A stretch of DNA of 64,000 nucleotides, taken from contig JABVCE010000020.1 of NCBI GenBank assembly GCA_014905635.1, positions 620,001 to 684,000 of the forward strand, written 5' to 3'. Position 1 is the stretch's first letter. Every line of letters begins with the position of its first letter. Positions 61,801 through 64,000 of the stretch are shown one piece after another. The notes under the pieces were generated by a model. That model ran no database searches. It worked only from the letters and a program-made list of their open reading frames with translations, and was not told the DNA's origin. The DNA comes from Scenedesmus sp. PABB004. Lineage: Eukaryota. The position numbers were made by a program, and so were the translations under genes.

Positions 61801-63187
61801 CAGGGCGGGGGGGGGCCCTGGCGCATGCGCGGCCCGGCGGCGCGCGGCGCGGTGTGGCCGCCGCCGTGCCGCGCCTGCACGCCCTCGAGCGCCGCCGCGG
61901 CCGCGGGGTCGTCGAGCGCGGCCGGCAGCGCGTCGAGGCGGCAGCGCGCGGCACTGAACACGCCCAGGCGCTGCGCGGCCTTGACGCGTGCGGCCACGCT
62001 CGCGTCGTCCTGGTGCCAAGGCGCGCGGGCAGGGGGCGGCGGGCACGGCTTCAGTCGCGTGCGAGGCCACGGTGGCCGCCGGAGGACCTCTTGCCGCCGC
62101 GCCCCGCGGCGCCGCCGCACCTCCATCGTCCCCAGCGCCACGCCGCGGCGGTCCTGCAGCTCGGTGAGGCGCGCCGTGAAGCCCGCCATGTGGCGCGCCA
62201 CGAGCGCGTGCTGCTCGCCGACGACCTGCAGGAAGCTCAGCACCGCCCTGCGGCACGGAGCGGGGAGGGCAGCGCGACCGTGGCGCTGGCCGCCGAGCCG
62301 GCGCGCGCCCGGCGGGCGGCAGCCGTGGCGGCGGCGGCGGGCACGGCGCGGCGCGCGCCTGAAGCCGCGCTTGATGACGTGGGCGGGCACGAGGAGGTCT
62401 GGGTTGTCCGCCAGGTCCAGCTGCGGCGCGCGGCAGGGCAACAGGCGGCACCGTGCGCGTGTGCTGGCCGCCATCGGCGCGGCGCAGCGTGCGAGGGCGG
62501 GCGCTGCCTGCAGCGCGTGCGCCTCTCGGGCGCCGCCGCCGCGCCTGGCGCAGCTCGGCCAGCCACCCGACGTCCGCCGGGATGGCGCGCAGCCGGTTGC
62601 CCGCAACGTTGAGCACCTGGGGGCCGTGCCGCGCGGGGCAGGTCAGGGCGGGCCATGCACGCCGCCGTCGCGGCCCGCGCCGTGCCCCGCACGCGCCTGC
62701 AGGCCGGACATGCCTCCAATGCCCGCCGGGAGCTCGTCCAGCTCGTTGCGGCGCGCGTCCAGGCTGCGCATGGACGAGAGGGCGCAGAGCGCGTCGGGCA
62801 GCGCGCGCAGCGCGTTGTGGCCGACCGACAGGACCTCGAGCAGCCGCAGGCAGCCGACGTCGTCGGGCAGGACGGCGATGCGGTTGTGCGACAGGTCGAG
62901 GCTGCGCAGCTGGTTTATGTCAGGGAACAGGCCCTTTGGCACGACCTGCGAGCGCCGGCGGCGGCGGTTTCGGGCCGCGCGCGAGGCGGCGGGCGGTTGC
63001 TGGCGCCGCGGCCGCCGCGCCACGCGGCCGGCCGGCGCCGCGCCTCGATCTCGTTGTGCGAGAGGTCCAGCAGCTGCAGGCCCGACACCGCCATGACCTT
63101 GGCGGGCACGAACGTGAGGCCCGCGGAGCGCTTGACAAAGGCCGGCGGCGGCGCGTCGGCGTCCGCGGGCGCGGCCGCCGCGGCCAT
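58643..63187 (-). CDS. Large intracellular leucine-rich repeat protein (typical/PIRL-like LRRs, 13 exons)
   Basis: More than 20 LxxLxLxxNxLxxLP repeats from MAAAAPADAD..., then a low-complexity tail. The end is 58643 if a 1-nt deletion near 58787 is corrected, otherwise 58723. Confidence 0.9.
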
Positions 63188-63829
63188 GCTGGTCAGCGGC
63201 GCTGCTCGACGCCCCACGGCGCGCGCGGGCGCCGCCCTGGCTGGCTGCGTGCTCGAGGAGCTGGTGGCCGCAACGGAAGAGCTGGTTCACGCCGCGCCGG
63301 GGAGCGCGGAGGCCGGACGCCGCGCGCCGGCGTGGCGTCGGCAGCGCGGGCGGCGGCGGCTCTGCGTGCGTGCGCGGCGGCGGCGGCGGCGGCGGTGTTG
63401 CGTTGAGACTGCGCACAGCCTGAACGCCTCCGCGTAGGGCGGGTTTTGCTGCTGCTGACCAGACGAACGCGCCGCGCTGCACCCCGGCGCCCTGGACGTC
63501 GCGCGCCCGTGCGCCGCCGCTGGCCCTCCAGTTGCCTGTTTGCCCGCCCACACTCTCTTCGCCCGGTCAGCGCCGCCGTTGGCGGACCTCGAGCAACAAC
63601 CGCACGAACGCCCGCCGCCCCCGCGGCCCCTGCACGCAGCCGCGAGCTCCACCGGCGCCCTCACCGGTCGCGGGGAGCGTACTTACCTTCTCCAGAACAG
63701 CGGCCGGCGGCGCCGGCGGCCCCACGCCGCGGCGCGGCGGTTGGCGCACCGCCGCTGCTCTCCGCTGCTCTGCGCGGGATGCGCTGTCGCTGAGGCCCGG
63801 CCCGTTCGCGCCTGAGAGGGGCCCTGGAC

Positions 63830-64000
63830 ATGCCTCCCTCGCCGGGCGGGGCCGGCGGCCACGAGGCGCGCATGGCGGAGCTCGCGGCGCGCCTGCACGC
63901 GTCGCTCGACCGCGGCGGCGGCGCCGGCACCGCGGCGGCCGCGCAGCGCGCCGCCGGGGCGGCGGCGCCGGGCGCGCTGGCGCCGCCGTCACCTTCGCCG
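63830..64000 (+). CDS. Possible 5' start of the next gene (truncated by the window edge)
   Basis: MPPSPGGAGGHEARMAELAARLHASLDRGGG stays open to the edge. No domain is visible. Confidence 0.25.
   Translation, partial: MPPSPGGAGGHEARMAELAARLHASLDRGGGAGTAAAAQRAAGAAAPGALAPPSPSP

Noticed and set aside
63679..63692. U1 snRNA 5' end (TACTTACCT)
   Set aside because: No U1 body follows. It is better read as a minus-strand donor AAG|GTAAGTA.

Overview
This is a eukaryotic nuclear window, extremely GC-rich, with compact multi-exon genes, short GT/GC-AG introns (donor GTGCG/GCGCG, acceptor YGCAG) and plastid-targeted proteins. That profile points to a chlorophyte green alga (Sphaeropleales-like; inference). 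Most long six-frame ORFs are GC-driven artefacts, so I rebuilt the real genes by joining exons by eye. In order they are: a METTL21-like methyltransferase, RNA Pol III RPC10/C11, a DUF1995-like protein, a plastid protein with a possible tandem NTF2/SnoaL-like fold, purple acid phosphatase, an ABCA transporter, plastid uL6, RAD51C, a ~12.6 kb coiled-coil gene, an SLT-transglycosylase + 2xLysM protein, a TspO-like membrane protein, a uridine/pantothenate-kinase-like P-loop kinase, a small coiled-coil protein, an SDR, a secreted Pro/Val/Ala/Tyr repeat protein, MBF1, a bHLH-ACT factor, Rab8/RabE and a large LRR protein. Five things stand out. (1) An apparently intronless lytic transglycosylase-LysM fusion with an MGC acylation-type N-terminus. 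(2) A very high share of GC-AG introns, about one in five. (3) A hairpin repeat array at 51.6-51.9 kb. (4) A tandem duplication that makes a bHLH/Rab8 chimeric mini-gene and carries a 5'-truncated LINE. (5) Many 1-nt frameshifts, probably assembly errors. Coordinates of spliced genes are gene spans including introns.
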